A stretch of DNA of 64,000 nucleotides, from NCBI GenBank assembly GCA_945859975.1, contig CAMAPH010000001.1, positions 128,001 through 192,000 on the forward strand. Reading direction: 5' to 3'. How positions within the stretch are numbered: the first letter of the stretch is position 1; each line of letters starts with the position of its first letter. A program made the translations under genes and the position numbers. Below, piece after piece: positions 48,545-57,832 of the stretch. The notes beneath the pieces are model-generated. The model was not told where the DNA came from. It searched no databases and worked only from the letters and a program-made list of their open reading frames with translations. The DNA comes from Chthonomonas calidirosea (lineage in GTDB: Bacteria; Armatimonadota; Fimbriimonadia; Fimbriimonadales; Fimbriimonadaceae).

Positions 48545-49828
48545 TTATCTCCGTCCAGCACCGTGGTAGTACTTGAAGGGCTCTTCGAAGTCTAGCCGTA
48601 CGACGGTGGCATTCGGATCGGTTAATTGTTGAGGCACATCAATCCATACAATTCCTGGTGTTTCTCCCAGCCCGCCGATGCGTTTGTGCGTGAGCTCTTC
48701 GCCGGTGCCAACAATCGTAGCTTTCACTACTGCGGACCGGAGTCCCTTAACCGCAATCTGATCTACTGGCGGATCGAAGAAGAACAGATAAAGCGATTTG
48801 CCGTCTTTGCTCCGGGTGGAAGCACCGTAGAACAATCCCAGCGGAAGGCCCGCCTCTGTCCCGTAAATGGCTTCCTCGTGCTTGTGGATCCAGCTTCCCA
48901 GACCTTCTAGCCGCTCAATTTGATCGGGTTGCAACCGACCGTCCTCGTAGGGTCCGACGTCCAAAAGCATGTTGCCGCCCATGCCGATGGTTTCGGCAAA
49001 CATGCGGACAAGCTGCCGAACCGATTTGTGGTTGTTGTCGGTTGTTTGGTAGCCCCAAGAGTCATTGATCGTGACGCAGAATTCCCAGGGGCCCTCTGGC
49101 GGAACGATCGGAAAGCCCTGTTCGGGGGTGGCAAAATCCCCGTGTCCGAGGAGGCGAGAGTTGAAGATCGCGTTCGGTTGCCAGGCTTCAAGCTGCTTTC
49201 GGAGCCCGGCCATGTCGAACTGTTCTGGCGTGCGTTCCCACTCACCGTCGAACCAGTAGATGTCGACATCGCCAAACTGCGTGCTCAGTTCCTCAAGCTG
49301 CGCTCGGTGGAACTTGATGAATCGCGCCCATGCTTCCGGGTCCTCCTTGCCTGGTTCTGGAAAAGCAAATCGGTTCTTGTAGTAGTTCTCGTTCCCAGCG
49401 ATCTCCGGGTCCTTATCTGCGGGAAACACGCTCGCATAATCCGGATGGGTCCAGTCGAGGTGGCTGTAATAGAAGCCGACTTTCAAGTCATGGTTTCGGC
49501 ACGCTTCGACGTATGGCGTGATGAGATCCCGCTTTGCAGGCGTGGCCTTGACCGTGCTCAGGTCGTTTGCTTTTGTATCCCAAAGCGCCACACCATCGTG
49601 GTGTTTCGTTGTGAGAACCACATATTTGGCTCCGATGCGCTCAAACAGCTCACACCAGGCTTCGGGGTCGTACTGCGACGCCGTGAAGCCGTCGAGTTGC
49701 TTCATGTAGTCCTCGTGGCTGATCTGCCCGTTAAAGAAGGACCAAGACTCAGAAATTCCGTTCACGGCGTAAATTCCGTAGTGAATGAAAATGCCGAGTT
49801 TGGCGTCTTGGAACCAAGGTTGCATCAT
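48545..49828 (-). CDS. Alpha-L-fucosidase (GH29)
   Basis: WFQDAKLGIFIHYG, TTKHHDG, YYSHLDW, WFDG, TPEQ, SWGY, GNMLLDVGP. Confidence 0.93.
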   Translation of the reverse strand: MMQPWFQDAKLGIFIHYGIYAVNGISESWSFFNGQISHEDYMKQLDGFTASQYDPEAWCELFERIGAKYVVLTTKHHDGVALWDTKANDLSTVKATPAKRDLITPYVEACRNHDLKVGFYYSHLDWTHPDYASVFPADKDPEIAGNENYYKNRFAFPEPGKEDPEAWARFIKFHRAQLEELSTQFGDVDIYWFDGEWERTPEQFDMAGLRKQLEAWQPNAIFNSRLLGHGDFATPEQGFPIVPPEGPWEFCVTINDSWGYQTTDNNHKSVRQLVRMFAETIGMGGNMLLDVGPYEDGRLQPDQIERLEGLGSWIHKHEEAIYGTEAGLPLGLFYGASTRSKDGKSLYLFFFDPPVDQIAVKGLRSAVVKATIVGTGEELTHKRIGGLGETPGIVWIDVPQQLTDPNATVVRLDFEEPFKYYHGAGRR

Positions 49829-49896
49829 TGCGTTTCAAGGTTACTCATGGTCCCGGCGGATGCGCTACCCGGCGGGTACGGTTACGGTTCAGCTAG

Positions 49897-51987
49897 ATGA
49901 TGTTAACTTCCGTTCTGGGCTGCCTGCTCGCACTTCAAACTCCGCAAGCCGCGCCCTTTCGAGAACAGTTTCCTTTGCCCTCCGCCACGCTTGGTGCCGG
50001 CTGGGTAGCCCGGATTGGAGCGGAAACCCTGCCACCAGAGGAAGAGCTGCGCCTACGAGATTCCGGGTTCAAATGGGTTCAGAGGCCAATCTTATGGCGC
50101 GACATCGAGAAAGTTAAGGGCACTTTTGATTGGACACGCTGCGATAGCGACCTTCGGCAACTACGCCGGATCGGGGTCCGCCCGATCCTGGTTTTGACCG
50201 GCAGAAACGACCTCTACCAAAAGGGCTTGCCAACTTCGAAGGAAGCCCAAGAAGCCTACGCCGCCTTTGTTCGGCGGATTGCCCTGCGTTACCGAAATTT
50301 CGGAGCCATCTGGCAGATATGGGATGCCCCGAATTTGGAACCCTGGGGTCAGACTTCTGCCCCAAATCCCTATCTAGAGCTCGCGAAGCTCGCATCGAAC
50401 GCGATAAGGCAAACCACACCAGAACAGTGGATAGCGGGGCCAGGTGTAATTGGGAACGACTTACCTTTCTTGCAGCAGTGTCTTACGTCGGGCCTTGGCA
50501 CGTCATGGGATTTGGTTCTTCTGCAGGCAGACACGGTAACGGTTCCGGAAAGCGGAGTTCCAGCTGTTCTGCCGCTACGCGCGCTTCTCGCCCAGCACGG
50601 CCTGGCAGGTAAACCCCTGATTCTTGGAGTTAATCGCTCTGAATTGGCCAGCCAATCTGTACGGACTGCCCTGCATCACCAATTGAATGGTGCTACCGGC
50701 ACCATTTTCGGCAACTGGAGCCAACTTCAACCTGCCTCCACAAACCTGGCCCGTGCCTCTGGGTTCGCGCTAAAGCAGCGCATTTCAACTGGAAATCCTG
50801 AAGAATGGGTGCTCTTGTTTATGCGTGGTAACCAGCCGATGGTCGTGTACTGGACGCTTGGCGCCGCGCGGAAGATGAGCCTGGGCGATGCCACGATGGA
50901 GATTTCTGCGGAACCCCAATCTTGGATTCCTGAGAAGCGACAACGCATTCTCGATCTCGCGGCCGCGCTTCCGTTTGTATCTCCCACAACGATCGTGTCG
51001 AGCCGTGAGGACATCGAAAAACTGGTTCGCTCCGTCGCACGTTCTGCCCCGCCCGCAACTCGGGTTCTCGTAAAGCTAGACCTCCCCGTGATTGGTGTAC
51101 GCCGCCTGGAAACATCCCCGGAAGACACCGAACTGGAGCGAAAAATGGATCGCCTCGGGCTGTTTCTTCCAAGAACTGATGACCCGATTTCGTTAACGAT
51201 TGAGGTTGGCTCCGAGCCAAACCTCCTGATCTCCACGATGCTTATGAATCGTGAACCAGTTTTTGTAGATCGCGTCCCTTCCCCGTTGAAGACGATCGCG
51301 CTTCGGGTATCAGGGGCAGAGGTCGACGGAATTGGCCGCATCACGGCATCGACGCCAATCCCAGATCAGACGCTGAAAGTCCAGAAAGATGGTTCAGCGC
51401 GCATCGAGTTCCCCTGGGTTCGCGACGAGCCAGCCTATGTGGTTCTAGAGTCCAGCGGAAGGGCCGTCTGGATGGCGGAAGTGCCCGGTTTGTGGACGTC
51501 CTCCGCAATCGCAGATGCGGAAGAGAGCATTCCGAATGTCGCTCAGGTGAAATCGGAGAAAGTCATTCCGACCGGACTGCCCGCAAACGACCAGCGCGAC
51601 GGAAGGCGGATCCAGTTCAGCTTCGGCCCAACCTCCGAGCCGATAATCTCAAAGTCTCCGGAACCAGAGGCATGGCCGGGACGACCGCTTCAGTACGGCC
51701 TGTGGATCGAAGGAGATGGCTCCGGTGTGCGGTTCAGTCTGCAGTTCGCAGATGCCGAGGGCGAACTCTTCCAGCCTGCGAGCATCGCCGTTACGTGGGC
51801 GGGGTGGCGATACGTTTCCTTCTCCCTTCGGTGCAGCGTCAATCAACGTATTTCCGGCAAAGGCAATGGAAAGCCCACATTGCCGCTCCGGCTTGTTGCC
51901 CCGTTTGTACTCACGTCTTGGCCAGCCAGATCAGTTGCCGGGCAGATCACACTCACAAATCCCGCGATAAGCTTTGCGAAGCCCTAA
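49897..51987 (+). CDS. Secreted protein with a degenerate clan-A glycoside hydrolase barrel and a CBM-like C-domain
   Basis: W..IEKVKGTFDW, WQIWDAPN (NEP expected); C-terminal GLWIEGDGSG..TWAGWRYVSF. Confidence 0.65.
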   Translation: MMLTSVLGCLLALQTPQAAPFREQFPLPSATLGAGWVARIGAETLPPEEELRLRDSGFKWVQRPILWRDIEKVKGTFDWTRCDSDLRQLRRIGVRPILVLTGRNDLYQKGLPTSKEAQEAYAAFVRRIALRYRNFGAIWQIWDAPNLEPWGQTSAPNPYLELAKLASNAIRQTTPEQWIAGPGVIGNDLPFLQQCLTSGLGTSWDLVLLQADTVTVPESGVPAVLPLRALLAQHGLAGKPLILGVNRSELASQSVRTALHHQLNGATGTIFGNWSQLQPASTNLARASGFALKQRISTGNPEEWVLLFMRGNQPMVVYWTLGAARKMSLGDATMEISAEPQSWIPEKRQRILDLAAALPFVSPTTIVSSREDIEKLVRSVARSAPPATRVLVKLDLPVIGVRRLETSPEDTELERKMDRLGLFLPRTDDPISLTIEVGSEPNLLISTMLMNREPVFVDRVPSPLKTIALRVSGAEVDGIGRITASTPIPDQTLKVQKDGSARIEFPWVRDEPAYVVLESSGRAVWMAEVPGLWTSSAIADAEESIPNVAQVKSEKVIPTGLPANDQRDGRRIQFSFGPTSEPIISKSPEPEAWPGRPLQYGLWIEGDGSGVRFSLQFADAEGELFQPASIAVTWAGWRYVSFSLRCSVNQRISGKGNGKPTLPLRLVAPFVLTSWPARSVAGQITLTNPAISFAKP

Positions 51988-52033
51988 GTCTCTGCCTATT
52001 AGCCTCGCGCGAAAAGGCGATAACATAATGGAA

Positions 52034-52735
52034 ATGGCTCGGACGTACTCAGAAGACGAAGCGGCAAGGCTGTTGAAGAAAGCCGCGAAGCTTCAAGATG
52101 CGACCGCAAGCTCCCTTTCCGGCGGGGTGACTCAGGATGAACTTCGGCGAATTGCGCAAGAAGCAGGCATCGATCCGAAATTCTTAGAACTGGCCGAGAC
52201 CCAACCAGAAAGCAGTCGGAACCAACTCTTTTTTGGCTTTGGAGAAGAGTTTGTCTACGAATTGCCTTACGAACTCTCAGCCGACGCCGAGCGACACTTC
52301 TTTGACGAACTCAGTGCCAGCGTCAAAATCTCTCAATCCACGACGGTGGGCAGCACGAAGCGAATGCACGTCGGGCGTGGATTGCTGTTTGGCAACTTAG
52401 AAGTTACTTCTCGCCTCGGAAAGACCACGGTTCGGCTCCGACAATCCCCATTTGTCGCGTACTTTGCCGGCCTGCATGGTCCGCTCATTCTTGGCTGTAT
52501 TCTCACCCTCGCCCTCGGAGCACGAGGCAATTTAGTAGGTTCGATGGCTGGCCTCGTCACGATCCTCGTCGGCTTTGCGATTTTTTGGTTCCTGAGCCAG
52601 GGCGGACGTCGAACGGCGGAATCCAAGTGGCAAGAGATCGTGGAGCTGCTCGATCGCACAACGGCAGCCGATCCGAATCTGGCGAAGTTAGCTGTCGAAT
52701 CTGACGCTAGTCAGGAACTCCGCTTGCAAGCATAG
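52034..52735 (+). CDS. Hypothetical membrane protein
   Basis: N-terminal YSEDEAARLLKKA..VTQDELRRIAQEAGID helical module and two C-terminal TM segments. Start 52034 or 52028. Confidence 0.75.
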   Translation: MARTYSEDEAARLLKKAAKLQDATASSLSGGVTQDELRRIAQEAGIDPKFLELAETQPESSRNQLFFGFGEEFVYELPYELSADAERHFFDELSASVKISQSTTVGSTKRMHVGRGLLFGNLEVTSRLGKTTVRLRQSPFVAYFAGLHGPLILGCILTLALGARGNLVGSMAGLVTILVGFAIFWFLSQGGRRTAESKWQEIVELLDRTTAADPNLAKLAVESDASQELRLQA

Positions 52736-52760
52736 ACGAGCTCCGTGCTAAAGTCCGAGG

Positions 52761-54566
52761 ATGCAACGTGGTGGGCCACCGGATAAGAAGAAGCTAAACA
52801 AGGCAAACCTGAATCGGGTGACCGCCTTGTTCAAGCCCCATGCCGGACGATTGTGGTTCATCGGCGTGCTCGTCATCATTACCGCCGCAATCGGATTGGC
52901 ACCGCCATTTTTGCTTGAGCGGATTGTTAATGACGGCTTGCTCAAGCGGGATCTGAACTTGGTCACGCAAATGAGCGTGCTCACCATGATCGCGCTGCTG
53001 GCTTCAAGTTTGCTCGGCTGGTGGTTCGGTTATCTGAGCGTAGAGCTCGGCCAACGCATCATGCAGGATTTGCGCACGAAACTTTTCAGCCACTTGCAGA
53101 GCATGTCGCTCAAGTTCTTCACCGCGACGCGGACGGGCGAAATCCAGTCTCGACTAGCGAATGACGTCGGCGGAATCCAGTCGGTAGTCAGCGACACCGC
53201 AGTTAACATTCTTTCGAACGTCGTGACCGTCGTTTCAACCTTGGTCGCCATGTTCATTCTCGACTGGCGGCTGACCGCGATGGCCATCGGCGTCATGCCG
53301 ATCTTTGCCTTTGTTGCAAAGTGGGTCGGTGATCAGGCTCGGGACGTACGAAAGGAATCGCAAGAGCACCTTGCCGACCTCAACTCGACGATGAGCGAAA
53401 CGCTCTCCATCTCGGGTGCGCTCCTCACAAAAACTAGCGGACGCCAGGCGCTTACGCTTGATCGGTTTAGCAAAACGAACACTGCCCTCACCAAGATCAA
53501 CGTGAAGATGTCGATGATCTTCCGGTCGTTCGGCACGCTCTTTCAGCTGACTTTCTCGCTGACGCCGATCCTTGTTTATTGGCTAGCAGGTTGGCTGATG
53601 GCTACGAAGGCGACCGACCCGCTGACGATCGGAGGCATCGTGGCCTTCACGGCGCTTCAAGGGCGGCTGTTCTTCCCCCTCACTTCCCTGCTCTCGACCC
53701 AGGTTGAACTGGGTAGCGCCATGGCGCTGTTCGACCGAATTTTCGAGTACCTCGACCTTCCGCAGGACATCAAGGATTCTCCGAATGCCGTCGAGCTAAA
53801 GGCAGTTCGAGGTGAGGTGGAGTTCAAGGATGTCTCGTTCCGGTACGAAGAGAACCAAGAACGACCAACCCTCGAAGGAATCAATTTGAAGGGTAACCCC
53901 GGCCAATTAATCGCCCTAGTGGGTTCGAGCGGTGCGGGCAAAACTTCCCTTGCCTACTTGATTCCACGGCTCTACGACGTCACCGGTGGCGAAGTGCTGA
54001 TTGACGGCATCGACGTCCGCCAGATTCAGTTGGCGTCGCTGGCAAAGGCGCTCGCCGTCGTTACGCAAGAAACTTATCTCGTACACGACACCCTCCGCGA
54101 AAACTTGCGCTACGGCAAGCCCGACGCGACCGACGAGGAAATCGAAGTCGCCGCCCGCGCTGCCGCCATTCACGATCACATTGCAACTTTGCCGGAAGGA
54201 TATGACACCGTCGTCGGAGAACGAGGCTATCGACTATCGGGCGGAGAGAAGCAACGCATCGCAATTGCCCGCGCGATCCTGAAGGATCCGAAAATCCTTA
54301 TCTTGGACGAAGCTACTTCTGCCCTCGACACGGAATCTGAACGCCTGGTGCAGGGAGCTATGGAGAGGCTGATGGAGGGCCGAACAACCTTCGCCATCGC
54401 CCACCGCCTGTCAACCATCCGACGTGCTGACCAAATTTTGGTGATGCAGCACGGGCAGATCGTTGAACGCGGAACCCACACGGAGTTACTCCAATCGGAC
54501 GGCCTGTATCGACGCCTGTACGAAGCTCAGTCCGGTGCAACCGAGGCAACTACGCTTCCCGTTTGA
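52761..54566 (+). CDS. ABC exporter, fused permease/ATPase (MdlB/MsbA-like)
   Basis: GSSGAGKT, LSGGEKQR, ILDEATSALD, IAHRLST; N-terminal TM domain. Confidence 0.95.
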   Translation: MQRGGPPDKKKLNKANLNRVTALFKPHAGRLWFIGVLVIITAAIGLAPPFLLERIVNDGLLKRDLNLVTQMSVLTMIALLASSLLGWWFGYLSVELGQRIMQDLRTKLFSHLQSMSLKFFTATRTGEIQSRLANDVGGIQSVVSDTAVNILSNVVTVVSTLVAMFILDWRLTAMAIGVMPIFAFVAKWVGDQARDVRKESQEHLADLNSTMSETLSISGALLTKTSGRQALTLDRFSKTNTALTKINVKMSMIFRSFGTLFQLTFSLTPILVYWLAGWLMATKATDPLTIGGIVAFTALQGRLFFPLTSLLSTQVELGSAMALFDRIFEYLDLPQDIKDSPNAVELKAVRGEVEFKDVSFRYEENQERPTLEGINLKGNPGQLIALVGSSGAGKTSLAYLIPRLYDVTGGEVLIDGIDVRQIQLASLAKALAVVTQETYLVHDTLRENLRYGKPDATDEEIEVAARAAAIHDHIATLPEGYDTVVGERGYRLSGGEKQRIAIARAILKDPKILILDEATSALDTESERLVQGAMERLMEGRTTFAIAHRLSTIRRADQILVMQHGQIVERGTHTELLQSDGLYRRLYEAQSGATEATTLPV

Positions 54567-54579
54567 TTCAAACTAATCT

Positions 54580-55788
54580 ATGCCCGATTGGACCGCGCTC
54601 GCTGCTGATCTAGACGCCGCCGACCCGCTGGCTACTTTTCGGGACGAGTTCGTAATTGATGAACCCGACCTTTGCTACCTCGATGGAAACTCCCTCGGGC
54701 GACTGCCAAAGCGCACGATCCCGCGGGTAGAGGCGGCGCTTCGGCAACAATGGGGAGGGCGCTTGATTCGAGGCTGGAATGACGGTTGGCTCGACCTCCC
54801 CGTGCGTCTTGCCGGAATGCTCGCGAAAGTGTTGAACGTGCAACCGACGGAGGTTCTGGTTGGCGACACGACGTCGCTGAATCTGTACAAGTTGGCCCTC
54901 GGGTCGCTTCGTGCCCATGACAGACGAGCAATTCTAACAACTTCAGATAACTTCCCAAGCGACCTGTACGTCCTGCAAGGTCTCGGTGCGGAGCTTCAGG
55001 TTGTCGAACCCGACTTGCTTGAGTCGTCAATCTCGGCAGACACGGCGCTCGTCACCGCGTCTCACGTGGCGTATGGAAGCGGACAGCGAAGCGATATCGC
55101 TCATCTTTCGGAGATTGCCCGCAAGAACGGTGCCTGGTCGCTTTGGGATTTGTCGCACTCTGCTGGCGTGGTCCCGCTGGACTTGAGTACCGCCGACATG
55201 GCGGTCGGATGTGGATACAAATATCTAAACGGCGGGCCCGGCGTACCAGCATTTCTGTACTTGCGATCTGACCTTCACGAAACCGTGTTGAACCCCATCC
55301 AAGGCTGGTTCGGGCAAGATCGACCGTTCTCGTTCGAACCGGAGTACCAGCCAGTCGCTGGAATCGCGAAATTCCAAATCAGCACGCCGAGCATTCTTTC
55401 GATGGTTGCACTGGAGAGTGGTCTCGAGCTTTATCTGGAAGCAGGCTCGGAACTCATCTGGCAGAAGGCGGTCTCGCTCACGGCGTTCTTCATCGATATG
55501 GTCTGCAGTGAAATGCCCGGGCAGTTTGAGATTGTCACTCCGCTCGATCCGGCCCAGCGCGGTGCTCACGTGTCGCTCCGACACCCAGAGGCTTGGCGCA
55601 TCACCCGAGCGCTGACGGAGCGAATGAACGTTATTCCCGACTTTCGCCGCCCGGATATGGTGAGGTTCGGATTCTCACCTTTGACGACCAGCTTTGCCGA
55701 GGTTTCAATTGCCGTCAACCGGCTGGCGGAAGTGATGCGAGAAGGCATTTACACCCAACTTTCAGACGAAATGCCCACCGTTACTTAA
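54580..55788 (+). CDS. kynU: Kynureninase
   Basis: YLDGNSLG, WDLSHSAG, VGCGYKYLNGGPG, GWFG, DFRRPD. Confidence 0.93.
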   Translation: MPDWTALAADLDAADPLATFRDEFVIDEPDLCYLDGNSLGRLPKRTIPRVEAALRQQWGGRLIRGWNDGWLDLPVRLAGMLAKVLNVQPTEVLVGDTTSLNLYKLALGSLRAHDRRAILTTSDNFPSDLYVLQGLGAELQVVEPDLLESSISADTALVTASHVAYGSGQRSDIAHLSEIARKNGAWSLWDLSHSAGVVPLDLSTADMAVGCGYKYLNGGPGVPAFLYLRSDLHETVLNPIQGWFGQDRPFSFEPEYQPVAGIAKFQISTPSILSMVALESGLELYLEAGSELIWQKAVSLTAFFIDMVCSEMPGQFEIVTPLDPAQRGAHVSLRHPEAWRITRALTERMNVIPDFRRPDMVRFGFSPLTTSFAEVSIAVNRLAEVMREGIYTQLSDEMPTVT

Positions 55789-55803
55789 ATTTACAGCATT
55801 TTA

Positions 55804-55839
55804 TTGCGCCTTTTTAAAGAAATGCCGCATAATAGTGCC
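55804..55839 (+). promoter_or_regulatory. Sigma70-type promoter for a leaderless Lrp transcript
   Basis: TTGCGC-18nt-CATAAT-6nt-ATG(55840), with no Shine-Dalgarno. Confidence 0.55.
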
Positions 55840-56310
55840 ATGGCAATGGACGCAGTGGATCGACAGATTTTGGAGATTCTCCAAGAAGATGGCCGGATCA
55901 CGAATGCCGAGTTGGCAAACCGAGTCGGCTTGACCCCTGGTCCGGTGTTGGCACGCGTCAATAAGCTCGAAGAGACCGGCTATATCACCGGTTACCGCGG
56001 CCTCGTCGATCCCGAAAAGGTTGGCCTTTCGTTCAGTGCGTTTGTCGCAGTAATCCTGCGCAGCCATGGCGAAAAGGAGTGTCAGTCCTTTATCGACGCG
56101 ATGAAACTGGTGCCCGAAGTGCAAGAGGTGCATCACATCGCGGGCGACGAGGACTACCTGCTGAAAGTCGTTGCCACCAGTGCACGTGACTACGAGCGAC
56201 TGCTACTGGATCACATTACCGGCCACGAGCACGTTCGACGCGTGAAGACCATCCTGGTGCTCTCGACGCAGAAGTTCACCACCACTGCCCCAATCAAGAA
56301 GGACCTATGA
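55840..56310 (+). CDS. Lrp/AsnC family regulator
   Basis: MDAVDRQILEILQEDGRITNAELA..RVNKLEETGYI, AGDEDYLLKV. Confidence 0.93.
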   Translation: MAMDAVDRQILEILQEDGRITNAELANRVGLTPGPVLARVNKLEETGYITGYRGLVDPEKVGLSFSAFVAVILRSHGEKECQSFIDAMKLVPEVQEVHHIAGDEDYLLKVVATSARDYERLLLDHITGHEHVRRVKTILVLSTQKFTTTAPIKKDL

Positions 56311-56930
56311 ACAGCGGACTCCTCCAGTTTGGATTGGTCGCCTTCTCATCGCTGTTCTCGATGATCAACCCGATTTCGGCTGCACCGATTTTTGTCTCAA
56401 TGACTTCTGGCGTCCAGGATTCGCGAAGGCAGATTGCGATTCGCGCTTGTCTCACCGCAGGAATCGCGCTGGTGCTGTTTGCTCTCGCGGGCAGCGCGGT
56501 CTTTGCCTTTTTCGGCATTACCGTTCCAGCGTTTCAGATCGCGGGTGGCTTGCTTTTTACCGTTTCATCCATACGAACTCTTCAGGGCATCGGCCGGGAT
56601 GAGGAGGAAGCTACGGGCGACGATCCGGGAATCGTTCCGCTGGGAGTGCCCGTGCTTGCGGGTGCAGGAGCGTTGAGTACGGTGATGCTGCTCGCGGCGC
56701 AAGCGAAGTCCAGCATGCACAGCGCCGTGCTCGGAGTAGTCATCGTTGCTAACGTACTGATTGCGATGGCTACCTTGATCCTCGCCCCACTCTTGGTCAC
56801 AAGAATGGGACGAGTCGGAGCCGACGCGCTGAACCGGGTGATGGGACTGCTGACCGCCGTAATCGGCGTTCAGTTCATCATCAACGGCAGCACGTCCGTT
56901 GTGAAAGATATCATCGCTCAGGTCCGGTAA
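56307..56930 (+). CDS. MarC family membrane protein
   Basis: MINPISAAPIF, FQIAGGLL, VPLGVPVLAG.GA, RVMGLL..IGVQFI. Confidence 0.92.
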   Translation: MNSGLLQFGLVAFSSLFSMINPISAAPIFVSMTSGVQDSRRQIAIRACLTAGIALVLFALAGSAVFAFFGITVPAFQIAGGLLFTVSSIRTLQGIGRDEEEATGDDPGIVPLGVPVLAGAGALSTVMLLAAQAKSSMHSAVLGVVIVANVLIAMATLILAPLLVTRMGRVGADALNRVMGLLTAVIGVQFIINGSTSVVKDIIAQVR

Positions 56931-56932
56931 GG

Positions 56933-57832
56933 CTACTTGCCGCCGGTCATGGCGATTCCCTTCACGAAGTACTTCTGACCAATGAGGAACAGGATGATGA
57001 TCGGGATCATAACCAAAACCGAACCCGCCATGATCAGGTGCCACTGAGCGGCTTGAAGCGCGTTGTACGTGCTCAAGCCAAGCTCATTGGTCTGAAGCTC
57101 AGGGTCGTTCAAGTACAGTAGCGGACCCATAAAGTCCTTCCAGTTGTACATAAAGGCAAAGATGCCAACCGTGGCCAGCGCGGGACCGCTGAGCGGCATG
57201 ATGATGCGGCTGAAGATCGTGAAGTACGAAGCGCCGTCCAAGAATGCTGCTTCGTCTAGCTCGCGCGGAATGCCGAGATAGAACTGTCGGAGCAAGAAGA
57301 TGTTGAACGCGCCGCCGCCAAACCAAGCCGGGACAGTCAGTGGCAGGAACGAGTTCACCCAGCCGATTCGCGCATACAGCACGTAGGTCGGGATCATCGT
57401 GACGATGCCAGGCAACATCATCGTTGCTAGAAGCAGCATGAACAAGCGGTCCTTACCAGCAAAGTTCAGTCGGGCAAAAGCATAAGCGACAACGCTCGAA
57501 CTGAAAATGACGCCCGCGGTGGTCACCGTCGCGATGAAAGCCGTGTTTCGGAAGAAGTTCCAGAAGCTAACGTTCGTGTTCTCAAGAACCGTCTTGAAGT
57601 TTTGGAAGGTGGGTGCTTTGGGCCAAGACCAAATGTCGGTCGCCGCAACTTCTGCCGGAGACTTAAGCGCAATCGCCATCATCACGTAAAACGGGATGAG
57701 GAACAGCGCCGCGCCAACGAACAACACGATAAGGGTGGCGTAGCGAGAGAAGTAGCCGTTCCAAGCGGCCTTGCTCGCAGACTTCTGGGCGGCCTTTTGG
57801 GCAACTTCTTTTGATTGGGGCACGACGGCCAT
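56933..57832 (-). CDS. Carbohydrate ABC transporter permease
   Basis: FLLRQFYLGIPRELDEAAFLDG, WKDFMGPLLYL, QKYFVKGI. Confidence 0.94.
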   Translation of the reverse strand: MAVVPQSKEVAQKAAQKSASKAAWNGYFSRYATLIVLFVGAALFLIPFYVMMAIALKSPAEVAATDIWSWPKAPTFQNFKTVLENTNVSFWNFFRNTAFIATVTTAGVIFSSSVVAYAFARLNFAGKDRLFMLLLATMMLPGIVTMIPTYVLYARIGWVNSFLPLTVPAWFGGGAFNIFLLRQFYLGIPRELDEAAFLDGASYFTIFSRIIMPLSGPALATVGIFAFMYNWKDFMGPLLYLNDPELQTNELGLSTYNALQAAQWHLIMAGSVLVMIPIIILFLIGQKYFVKGIAMTGGK

